The notes below the pieces were generated by a model. That model saw nothing but the letters and a program-made list of their open reading frames with translations. It was not told the origin of the DNA and searched no databases. From assembly GCA_964016885.1 (NCBI GenBank), contig OZ024760.1:31620001-31684000 (forward strand): a stretch of DNA of 64,000 nt. Direction: 5' to 3'. The position numbers and the translations under genes are program-made. Every line of letters begins with the position of its first letter. The first letter of the stretch is position 1. This stretch comes from Eledone cirrhosa (taxonomy: Eukaryota). Positions 39,701 through 52,400 of the stretch are shown here, piece by piece.

Positions 39701-42700
39701 GTTGACACTACAGTTGTAACAGACATGGGTTGGCTAGGTTGACACTACAGTTGTAACAGACATGGGTTGGTTAGGTTGACACTAAAGTTGTAACAGACAT
39801 GGGTTGGTTAGGTTGAAAGTTGTGACAGACATGGGTTGGCTAGGTTGACAGTTGTGACAGACATGGGTTGGTTAGGTTGACACTACAGTTGTAACAGACA
39901 TGGGTTGGTTAGGTTGACACTACAGTTGTGACACATGGGTTGGCTAGGTTGACACTACAGATATGACAGACATGGGTTGGCTAGGTTGACACTACAGTTG
40001 TGACAGACATGGGTTGGCTATGTTGACACTACAGTTGTGATAGATATGGGTTGGCTAGGTTGGCAGTTGTGACAGACATGGGTTGGTTAGGTTGACACTA
40101 CAGTTTTGAGAGACATGGGTTGGCTAGGTTGACACTACAGTTGTGACTTGCTTTGGCTGGGTTGACAGTTGTGACAGACATGGATTGGCTAGGTTGACAC
40201 TACAGTTGTAACATACATAGGTTGACAGTTGACAGACATGGGTTGTTTAGGTTGACACTACAGTCGTGACAGACATGATTTGGTTAGGTTGACAATACAG
40301 TTGTGACAGACATGGGTTGGGTAGGTTGACACTACAGTTGTGACAGCCATGGGCTGGCTAGGTTGTCACTACAGTTGTGACAGACAGGGGTTGGTTAGGT
40401 TGACAGTTGAGAGACATGGGTTGGGTAGGTTGACACTAGAGTTGTGACAGACATGGTTTGACTAGGTTGACACTACAGTTGTGACAGATGGGTTGGCTAG
40501 CTTGACGCTACAGTTTTGACAGACATGGGTTGGCTAGGTTGACACTACAGTTGTGACAGACATGGGTTGGGCGGTTGACAGTTGTGACAGACATGGGTTG
40601 GGTAGGTTGACACTACAGTTGTAACAGACATAGGTAGACAGCTGTGACAGACATTGGCTGGCTAGGTTGACAGTTGTTTACAGACATGGGTTGGCTAGGT
40701 TGACACTGCAATTTTAACAGACATGGGTTGGCTAGGTTGACAGTTTTGACAGACATGGATTGGTTAGTTTGATAGTTTTGACAGACATGGATTGGCTATG
40801 ATGACACTACAGTTGTAACAGACATGCGTTGGCTAGGTTGACACTACAGTTGTGACAGCCATGGGTTGGCTACGTTGACACTACAGTTGTGACAGACAGG
40901 GGTTTGTTAGGTTGACAGTTGAGAGACATGGGTTGGGTAGGTTGACACTACAGTTGTGACAGACATGGGTTGGCTAGGTTGACACTACAGTTGTGACAGA
41001 CATGGGTTGGCTAGGTTGACAGTTGTGCCAGAAATGGGTTGGCTAGGTTGACAGTTGTGCCAGAAATGGGTTGGCTAGGTTGACAGTTGTGACAGACATG
41101 GGTTGACTAGGTTGACAGTTTTGACAGACATGGGTTGACTAGGTTGACACTACAGTTGTGACACATGAGTTGGCTAGGTTGACAGTTGTGACACATGAGT
41201 TGGCTAGGTTGACAGTTGTGACAGACATGGGTTGGTTGGGTTGATACTACAGTTGTGACACATGGGTTGGCTAGGTTGACACTACAGTTGTGACAGACAT
41301 GGGTTGGCTAGGTTGACACTACAGTTGTAAGAGACATGGGTTGGTTAGGTTGACACTACAGTTGTAACAGACATGGGTTGGTTAGGTTGACACTACAGTT
41401 GTGACACATGGGTTGGCTAGGTTGACACAACAGATATGACAGACATGGGTTGGCTAGGTTGACACTACAGTTGTAACAGACATGGGTTGGTTAGGTTGAC
41501 ACTACAGTTGTAACAGATATGGATTGGCTAGGTTTACACTACAGTTGTAACAGACATGGGTTGGCTAGGTTGACACTACAGTTGTAACAGACATGGGTTG
41601 GTTAGGTTGACACTAAAGTTGTAACAGACATGGGTTGGTTAGGTTGAAAGTTGTGACAGACATGGGTTGGTTAGGTTGACACTACAGTTGTAACAGACAT
41701 GGGTTGGTTAGGTTGACACTACAGTTGTGACACATGGGTTGGCTAGGTTGACACTACAGATATGACAGACATGGGTTGGCTAGGTTGACACTACAGTTGT
41801 GACAGGCATGGGTTGGCTATGTTGACACTACAGTTGTGATAGATATGGGTTGGCTAGGTTGACAGTTGTGACAGACATGGGTTGGTTAGGTTGACACTAC
41901 AGTTGTGACAGACATGGGTTGGTTAGGTTGACACTACAGTTGTGACAGACATGGGTTGGCTAGGTTGACACTACAGTTGTGACACATGGATTAGCTAGGT
42001 TGACACTACAGCTGTGACAGATGGGTTGGCTAGGTTGACACTACAGTTGTGACACATGGGTTGGCTAGCTTGACACTACAGTTTTGAGAGACAAGGGTTG
42101 GCTAGGTTGACACTACAGTTGTGACTTGCTTTGGCTGGGTTGACAGTTGTGACAGACATGGATTGGCTAGGTTGACACTACAGTTGTGACAGACATGGGT
42201 TGGGTAGGTTGACACTACAGTTGTGACAGCCATGGGCTTGGTAGGTTGACACTACAGTTGTAACAGACATAGGTAGACAGCTGTGACAGACATGGGTTGG
42301 CTAGGTTGTCACTACAGTTGCGACAGACGGGTTGGTTAGGTTGACAGTTGAAAGACATGGGTTGGGTAGGTTGACACTACAGTTGTGACAGACATGGGCT
42401 TGGTAGGTTGACACTACAGTTGTAACAGACATAGGTAGACAGCTGTGACAGACATGGGTTGGCTAGGTTGACAATACAGTTGTGACGGACATGGGTTGGC
42501 TATGTTGACAGTTGTGACAGACATGGGTTGACTAGGTTGACACTACAGTTGTGACAGACATAGGCTGGCTAAGTTGACAGTTGTTTACAGACATGGGTTG
42601 GCTAGGTTGACACTGCAGTTTTAACAGACATGGGTTGGCTAGGTTGACAGTTTTGACAGACATGGATTGGTTAGTTTGATAGTTTTGACAGACATGGATT

Positions 42701-45700
42701 GGCTAGGATGACACTACAGTTGTAACAGACATGCGTTGGCTAGGTTGACACTACAGTTGTGACAGACATGGGTTGGCTACGTTGACACTACAGTTGTGAC
42801 AGACAGGGGTTGGTTAGGTTGACAGTTGAGAGACATGGGTTGGGTAGGTTGACACTACAGTTGTGACACATGGGTTGGCTAGGTTGACACTACAGTTGTG
42901 ACAGACTTGGGTTGGCTAGGTTGACAGTTGTGACAGACATGGGTTGGCTAGGTTGACAGTTGTGACAGACATGGGTTGACTAGGTTGACACTACAGTTGT
43001 GACAGACATGGGTTGGCTATGTTGACAGTTGTGACAGACATGGGTTGACTAGGTTGACAGTTTTGACAGACATGGGTTGATTAGGTTGACACTACAGTTG
43101 TGACAGACTTGGGTTGGCTAGGTTGACAGTTGTGACAGACATGGGTTGACTAGGTTGACAGTTTTGACAGACATGGGTTGACTAGGTTGACACTACAGTT
43201 GTGACAGACATGGGTTGGCTAGGTTGACACTACAGTTGTGACACATGAGTTGGCTAGGTTGACAGTTGTGACACATGAGTTGGCTAGGTTGACAGTTGTG
43301 ACACATGAGTTGGCTAGGTTGACAGTTGTGACAGAGATGGGTTGGTTGGGTTGACACTACAGTTGTGACAGACATGGGTTGGCTAGGTTGACACTACAGT
43401 TGTGACAGACATGGGTTGGCTAGGTTGACAGTTGTGACAGATATGGGTTGGCTAGGTTGACACTACAGTTGTGACAGACATGGGTTGGCTAGGTTGACGC
43501 TACAGTTGTGACAGACATGGGTTGGCTATGTTTACACTACAGTTGTGACAGACATGGGTTGGCTAGGTTGACAGTTGTGACAGACATGGGTTGGTTAGGT
43601 TGACACTACAGTTGTGACAGACATGGGTTGGTTAGGTTGACACTACAGTTGTGACAGACATGGGTTGGCTAGGTTGACAGTTGTGACAGACATGGGTTGG
43701 TTAGGTTGACACTACAGTTGTGACACACATGGGTTGGTTAGGTTGACACTACAGTTGTGACAGACATGGGTTGGCTACGTTGACACTATAGCTGTAACAG
43801 ACATGGGTTGGCTAGGTTGACAGTTGTTTACAGACATGGGTTAGTTAGCTTGACACTACAGTTGTGACAGACATAGGTTGACTAGGTTGACAGTCGTGAC
43901 AGACATGGGTTGACTAGGTTGACACTACAGTTGTGACAGACATGGGTTGGCTAGGTTGACACTACAGTTGTGGCAGACATGAGTTGGCTAGGTTGACAGT
44001 TGTGACAGACATGGGTTGGTTAGGTTGTCACTACAGTTGTGACAGACATGGGTTGGCTAGGTTGATACTGCAGCTGTGACAGACATGGGTTGGCTAGGTT
44101 GACAGTTGTGACAGACATGGGTTGGTTAGGTTGACACTACAGTTGTGACAGACATGTGTTGGCTAGGTTGACACTACAGTTGTGACAGACATGGATTAGC
44201 TAGGTTGACAGTTGTGACTGACATGGGTTGGTTAGGTTGACACTACAGTTGTAACAGACATGGGTTGGCTTGGTTGACAATACAGCTGTGACAGACATGG
44301 GTTGGTTACATTGACTACAGCTGTGACAGACATGGGTTGGCTAGGTTGACACTACAGCTGTGACAGACATGGGTTGGCTAGATTGACACTACAGTTGTAA
44401 CAGATGGGTTGGCTAGGTTGACATTACAGTTGTGACAGATGGGTTGGTTAACTTGACAGTTGTGACAGACAAGGGTTAGCTAGGTTGACAGTTGTGACAG
44501 ACATGGGTTGGCTAGGTTGACAGTTGTGACAGACATGGGTTGGCTAGGTTGACAGTTGTGACAGACATGGGTTGGCTAGGTTGACACTACAGTTGTGACA
44601 GACATGGGTTGGCTATGTTGACAGTTGTGACAGACATGGGTTGACTAGGTTGACAGTTTTGACACATGGGTTGACTAGGTTAACACTACAGTTGTGACAG
44701 ACATGGGTTGGCTAGGTTGACACTACAGTTGTGACACATGAGTTGGCTAGGTTGACAGTTGTGACAGAGATGGGTTGGTTGGGTTGATACTACAGTTGTG
44801 ACACATGGGTTGGCTAGGTTGACACTACAGTTGTGACAGACATGGGTTGGCTAGGTTGACACTACAGTTGTGACAGACATGGGTTGGCTATGTTTACACT
44901 ACAGTTGTGACAGAAATGGGTTGGCTAGGTTGACACTACAGTTGTGACAGACATGGATTAGCTAGGTTGACAGTTGTGACTGACATGGGTTGGTTAGGTT
45001 GACACTACAGTTGTCACAGACGTGTTGGTTAGGTTGACACTGCAGTTGTGACACATGGGTTGGCTAGGTTGACACTACAGTTGTAACAGCCATGGGTTTG
45101 TTAGGTTGACAGTTGTGACGGACAGGAGTTGGTTAGGTTGACTGTTGAGAGACATGGGTTGGCTAGGTTGACACTACAGTTGTGACAGACATGGGTTGGC
45201 TAGGTTGACAGTTGTGACAGATATGGGTTGGTTAGGTTGACACTACAGTTGTGATAGACATGGGTTGGTTAGGTTGACACTACAGTTGTGACAGACATGG
45301 GTTGGTTAGGTTGACACTACAGTTGTGACAGACATGGATTAGCTAGGTTGACAGTTGTGACTGACATGGGTTGGTTAGGTTGACACTACAGTTGTCACAG
45401 ACGTGTTGGTTAGGTTGACACTACAGTTGTGACACATGGGTTGGCTAGGTTGACACTACAGTTGTGACAGCCATGGGTTTGTTAGGTTGACAGTTGTGAC
45501 GGACAGGGGTTGGTTAGGTTGACTGTTGAGAGACATGGGTTGGCTAGGTTGACACTACAGTTGTGACAGACATGGGTTGGCTAGGTTGACAGTTATGACA
45601 GATATGGGTTGGTTAGGTTGACACTACAGTTGTGACAGATGTGTTGGCTAGGTTGACACTACAGTTGTGACAGACATGGGTTGGCTAGGTTGACACTACA

Positions 45701-47080
45701 GTTGTGACAGACATGGGCTGGCTATGTTGACACTACAGTTGTGACAGACATGGGTTGGCTAGTTTGACAGTTGTGACAGACATGGATTGGTTGGGTTGAC
45801 ACTACAGTTGTGACAGAATGGCTTGGCTAGGTTGACATTTGTGACAGACATGGGTTGGCTAGATTGACAGTTGTGACAAACATGGGTTGGCTAGGTTGAC
45901 AGTTGTGACAGACATGGGTTGGCTAGGTTGACAGTACAGTTGTGATAGACATGGGTTGGCTAGGTTGACATTTGTGACAGACATTGGTTGGCTAGGTTGA
46001 CAGTTGTGACAGACATGGGTTGGCTAGATTGACAGTTGTGACAGACATGGGTTGGCTAGGTTGACACTACAGTTGTGACAGACATGGGTTGGCTAGGTTG
46101 ACATTTGTGACAGACATGGGTTGGCTAGGTTGACAGTTGTGACAGACATGGGTTGGCTAGGTTGACAGTTGTGATAGACATGGGTTGGTTAGGTTGACAG
46201 TTGTGATAGACATGGGTTGGTTAGGTTGACAGTTGTGACAGACATGGGTTGGTTAGGTTGACACTACAGTTGTCACAGACGTGTTGGTTAGGTCGACACT
46301 ACAGTTGTGACACATGGGTTGGCTAGGTTGACACTACAGTTGTGACAGACATGGGTTGGCTAGGTTGACACTACAGTTGTGACAGACATGGGTTGGCTAG
46401 GTTGACAGTTGTGACACATGGGTTGGTTAGGTTGACAGTACAATTGTAACAGACATGGGTTAGCTTGGTTGACACTACAGTTGTGACAGACACAGGTTTG
46501 ATAGGTTGACAGTTGTCACAGACATGGGTTGGCTAGGTTGATACTACAGTTGTGACAGACATGGGTTGGCTAGGTTGATACTACAGATGTCACAGACATG
46601 GGTTGGCTAGGTTGACACTACAGTTGTGAGAGACATAGGTTGGCTAGGTTGACACTACAGTTGTGACAGACATGGATTGGCTTTGTTGACAGTTGTGACA
46701 GACATGGGTTGGTTAGGTTGATACTACAGTTGTAACAGATATGGATTGGCTAGGTTGACACTACAGTTGTGACAGTATCCCTTGCTCAGGGACCAGCCCT
46801 TGTCTTTGGTTCCGATCTCAGCTCTTTATCCACCCTTGCTGTTAGCTAACATCTCTGCTAGACGTTAGACTTTATCTGCAATCTTAATGTTACCTAATAT
46901 TTCTCTCTACCCCACCCCCCTTACACCTCTCTAGTGTCTCCCTCCATCTCTCTTTCTATATATATATATGCCTCTCAATCTCACTGACGAACACATAGAC
47001 ATTATAAATTATTTTTAAAGTGTGATGCTGGCTGCAAGGTGGTGTGACATGAAACATTGGATGTGGAAGATAAGTGAGTT

Positions 47081-47114
<34 letters not shown>

Positions 47115-49352
47115 TGGAGGGAGATTGAGAGAGATGGAGGGTGAGAGAGTGAGATGGCGGATGAGAAGGAAAGAGAGAGAGATAGAGGGTGAGAGAGAGA
47201 TGGAGGGTGAGAGAGAGAGATGGCGGGTGAGAGAGAGATGGCAGGTGTGAGAGAGAGAGAGAGAGAGAGAGAAAAAGATGGAGGGTGAGAGAGAGAGATG
47301 GAGGGAGAGAGAGAGTGTGAGAGAGCAACAAAGAGGGTCGTGATGAAGTTAAAGATAATCTCCCAATGCTACTACTGCTGCTACTGCTACTACTGCTGCT
47401 GCTGCTCTAACTCTGCTTGTCTCCTTACAGATAGAACAACTTGTAAATCGATCGGCATTTGAAAGATATTCAAGATTACGCTTTCAAAAAGGTGAATAAT
47501 TTTGTATTGATGATGATGATGTTGTTGGTGATGATGATGTGGTATTGTTGGTGGTGATGATGATGTGGTGTTGTATTCATGATGTTCATGATGTGGTTGT
47601 TTTAGTTTTACTTTACTGGTCTGTCTCTCTTCATAGCGGTGCCATCCATTTCTGGGCTCCAAAACTATGGTTCCGCTGTGAGATGGGTTTGGCACAGCCA
47701 ACTGGCCTGTCCCTCCTCGTAACGGCGCCATTCAGTCCACACTGTAAATGTGGTTGGTGTTAGGAAGGACATCCAGCTGTTAAATCCTCAGCCAAATTTA
47801 CACTCCCATCAGAGCAAGGTACAGTGTGGCCAATTCTGGCCAGACTTGTCTCTCAACGTGGACGACCCATCCGACCCATGCAAGCATGGAAAATGGACGC
47901 TAAACGATGAGGATTCTCTACATCATATTTTTTGTCAAAATATTTTCATACATTTTTAAAACAAAGGAAAGTGAAAATAAATTTATTTTATTTATCATAA
48001 AATTTATTAAAATTTTAGCTTTTTTGTTTAGAAAATAGTTGACATTGTTGGTGTAGAAGTGATTACCACCTTGTTTACATTTGTGAAGATGTCTGGGGTT
48101 TAATTTAAGGACCACTGCTGCACTAGAACTCTAGGAACCAGTAACTCAACCTGACCCAGGGACACTGCAGCACTAGAACTCCACTAGACAGTAAACCAAA
48201 CTGACCCTTGACTTTATAAGATGCAGGGTGATTTTCTGGGACATTTTTTTGAAAAAAAAAGTTGCTTTTTATAAGCCGTCAAATATGGTATATTAATTTT
48301 TTCAATTTTTTGTTTGTTTGATTTAAAGGTTGTCGGGTGTGATTTAAAGTGTATTATAGCTAATGTTACTAGCAGGTCGACTGACCACCTACAGGGCTCA
48401 CTCAATGACTCGTTGCTTTATTTACAGAGGTAGATGTGGATCCCAACAGGATGTTCTGTCCCCAAGCTGGCTGTGAAACTGTGTGTTATGTGTTCTACCC
48501 GTCATCAGGAGACAAACTTAAACCTATCTCTGTTGAATGCCCACAGGTGAGTCATCGACACACTGTTTTTATTTTCACCCACCCCTAGGTGGCAGTGCTA
48601 CTTCCATGACTAAAAAATGTGACCCAGTCCACCCTGAAAAGTGGTAGTGTTGATCCCATGATAAAAAGCACCCAGTCCATTCTGTAAAGTGGTAGTACTG
48701 GTGCCATGAAAAAAGCACCCTGTCCACCCGGTAAAGTAGTAGTGCTGGTCTCAGGGGAAAAAGCACCCTGTTCACCCTGTAAGGTGGTGGTGTTGGTGTC
48801 ACAGGAAAAAGCACCCAGTGCACCCTGAAAAGTGGTAGTGTTGATCCTATGATAAAAAGCACCCAGTCCACCCTGTAAGGTGGTAGTGCTAGTGTCAGGG
48901 AAAAAAAACACCCAGTCTATCCTGCAAAATGGTTTGTTTTAGAAAAGACATCCAGCTGTAGAAACCAAGTCAAAAATGGAGAAAGACATGGTCACCTGAT
49001 CAGTCTAACCACAAAACAGGACAACCCATCTGACTGATACAAGCATGGAAAATAGATGTTTGTGATGTGTATTATATATATCGTTCACGATTCCACCGAA
49101 TTTATATTCATAGAAATCTGGAGCTTGTTTCTTTCTTCTTCATCACTTTCTGTTGCTTAAACCATTTTGTTTGTTTACCCTAGCGTCCCCTTTATTTACG
49201 TGTCCCAACGACTTTTTTTAGCCGTTGCTCACACCAACCTGAGGTATATGGCCTTTAAAGCGACGAAATGCCTACGACGGTTGGAAGGCCACTGATGAAG
49301 GACAAACTTTTTTATATGTAACCCATTTGCAATGCCGCAGCTCCATTATTAT

Positions 49353-49404
<52 letters not shown>

Positions 49405-52400
49405 AAGGCACATGGCTTAGTGGTTAGAGCATTGGGCTTGCAATTGAAAGGTTGTGAGTTCAATACTCGGACCGGGTGATGTGTTGTTTCCTTGAGCAAG
49501 ACACTTTATTTCACATTGCTCCAGTTTACTCAGCTGTAGAAATGAGATGATAGGACTGGGGTCCCTATCATTCCACTGCAAAGTGGTCGTGGAGGTGCCA
49601 CGGCAAAAAAGCACCCAGCCCACACCGTAAAGTAGATGTGTAGGCGCCTCGGAAAAAAAGCACCCAGCACTCACTGTAAATGAGGTTGGTGTTAGGAAGG
49701 GCATCCAGCTGTAGAAATCAAGCCAGAATCAGTTCCCGTATGAGCAAGACAAGGTCAGCCGACCGGACACTGCCCTCAACAGGACAACCCGTCTAACCCA
49801 TGCTAGCGTGGAAGAATGGACGTATAACGGTGATGATGATATATATATTTTTTCTCTCTCCCTCTCTCTTTCTGTTCTTTAGTGTAGTTTTGAATTCTGT
49901 TCAGTATGTAAAAACAAGTGGCATGCAACCCAAAGCTGTGATGAAGTGATGAGTAGAGGCAAAGCCGAAGATATTGGGTAAGTTGACCCCCTTAAACCCT
50001 TTTTATTAACCCTTCCATTACCATATTCCTAATGAAAGACACTATCTATGTCATTAACCCTTTCATTACCATATTTCTAATAAAAGACACTACCTATGTC
50101 ATTAACCCTTTCATTTCCATATTTCTAATGAAAGACACTACCTATGTCATTAACCCTTCCATTACCATATTTCTAATGAAAGACACTGTCTATGTCATTA
50201 ACCCTTTCATTACCATATTTCTAATAAAAGACACTGTCTATGCCATTAACCCTTCCATTACCATATTTCTAATGAAAGACACTACCTATGTCATTAACCC
50301 TTCCATTACCATATTTCTAATGAAAGACACTGTCTATGTCATTAACCCTTTCATTACCATATTTCTAATGAAAGACACTGTCTATGTCATTAACTCTTTC
50401 ATTACCATATTTCTAATGAAAGACACTACCTATGTCATTAACCCTTCCATTACCATATTTTTAATGAAAGACACTGTCTATGTCATTAACCCTTTCATTA
50501 CCATATTTCTAATGAAAGACACTACCTATGTCATTAACCCTTTCATTACCATATTTCTAATGAAAGACACTACCTATGTCATTAACCCTTTCATTACCAT
50601 ATTTCTAATGAAAGACACTGTCTATGTCATTAACCCTTTCATTACCATATTTCTAATGAAAGACACTACCTATGTCATTAACCCTTTCATTACCATATTT
50701 CTAATAAAAGACACTACCTATGTCATTAACCCTTTCATTTCCATATTTCTAATGAAAGACACTACCTATGTCATTAACCCTTCCATTACCATATTTCTAA
50801 TGAAAGACACTGTCTATGTCATTAACCCTTTCATTACCATATTTCTAATAAAAGACACTGTCTATGCCATTAACCCTTTCATTACCATATTTCTAATAAA
50901 AGACACTACCTATGTCATTAACCCTTTCATTTCCATATTTTTAATGAAAGACACTACCTATGTCATTAACCCTTCCATTACCATATTTCTAGTGAAAGAC
51001 ACTGTCTATGTCATTAACCCTTTCATTACCATATTTCTAATAAAAGACACTGTCTATGCCATTAACCCTTCCATTACCATATTTCTAATGAAAGACACTA
51101 CCTATGTCATTAACCCTTCCATTACCATATTTCTAATGAAAGACACTGTCTATGTCATTAACCCTTTCATTACCATATTTCTAATGAAAGACACTGTCTA
51201 TGTCATTAACTCTTTCATTACCATATTTCTAATGAAAGACACTACCTATGTCATTAACCCTTCCATTACCATATTTTTAATGAAAGACACTGTCTATGTC
51301 ATTAACCCTTTCATTACCATATTTCTAATGAAAGACACTACCTATGTCATTAACCCTTTCATTACCATATTTCTAATGAAAGACACTACCTATGTCATTA
51401 ACCCTTTCATTACCATATTTCTAATGAAAGACACTGTCTATGTCATTAACCCTTTCATTACCATATTTCTAATGAAAGACACTGTCTATGTCATTAACCC
51501 TTTCATTACCATATTTCTAACGAAAGACACTGTCTATGTCATTAACCCTTTCATTACCATATTTCTAATGAAAGACACTGTCTATGTCATTAACCCTTTC
51601 ATTACCATATTTCTAATGAAAGACACTGTCTATGTCATTAACCCTTTCATTACCATATTTCTAATGAAAGACACTGCCTTTCATTACCATATTTCTAATG
51701 AAAGAGACTGCCTATGTCATTAACTCTTTCATTACCATATTACTAATGAAAGACACTGCCTATGTCACTGACCCTTCCATTACCATATTTCTAATGAAAG
51801 ACACTGACTGTCGTTAACCCTTTCATTACCATATTACTAATGAAAGACACTGCCTATGTCATTAACCCTTTCATTACCATATTTCTAATGAAAGACACTG
51901 TCTATGTCATTAACCCTTTCATTACCATATTTCTAGTGTAAGACACTGTCAATCTCACTGACCCTTTCATTACCATATTACTAATGAAAGACACTGTCTA
52001 TGTCATTAACCCTTTCATTACCATATTTCTAATGAAAGACACTGTCTATGTCATTAACCCTTTCATTACCATATTTCTAATGAAAGACACTGTCTATGTC
52101 ATTAACCCTTTCATTACCATATTACTAATGAAAGACACTGTCTATGTCATTAACCCTTTCATTACCATATTTCTAATGAAAGACACTGCCTATGTCATTA
52201 ACCCTTTCATTACCATATTTCTAATGAAAGACACTGTCTATGTCACTGACCCTTTCATTACCATATTTCTAATGAAAGACACTGTCTATGTCATTAACCC
52301 TTTCATTACCATATTTCTAATGAAAGACACTGTCTATGTCATTAACCCTTTCATTACCATATTTCTAATGAAAGACACTGTCTATGTCATTAACCCTTTC

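Noticed and set aside
25367-46775. CRISPR-like or coding interpretation of the 32/37-bp array
   Set aside because: Contiguous monomers without unique spacers, no cas genes, eukaryotic intron; minus-strand ORFs are short repeat translations.
49250-49310. CGAAA...CTGATGA as a hammerhead
   Set aside because: Stems I-III cannot be closed and no GAAA follows CTGATGA; at most a repeat remnant.
49407-49480. tRNA genes at SINE heads (also 56934, 12600-12677, 61351)
   Set aside because: A/B boxes present, but they continue into SINE bodies and I could not build a full cloverleaf.
50032-51723. 563-aa repeat protein
   Set aside because: Stop-free frame of a 48-bp satellite inside an intron, broken by indels.
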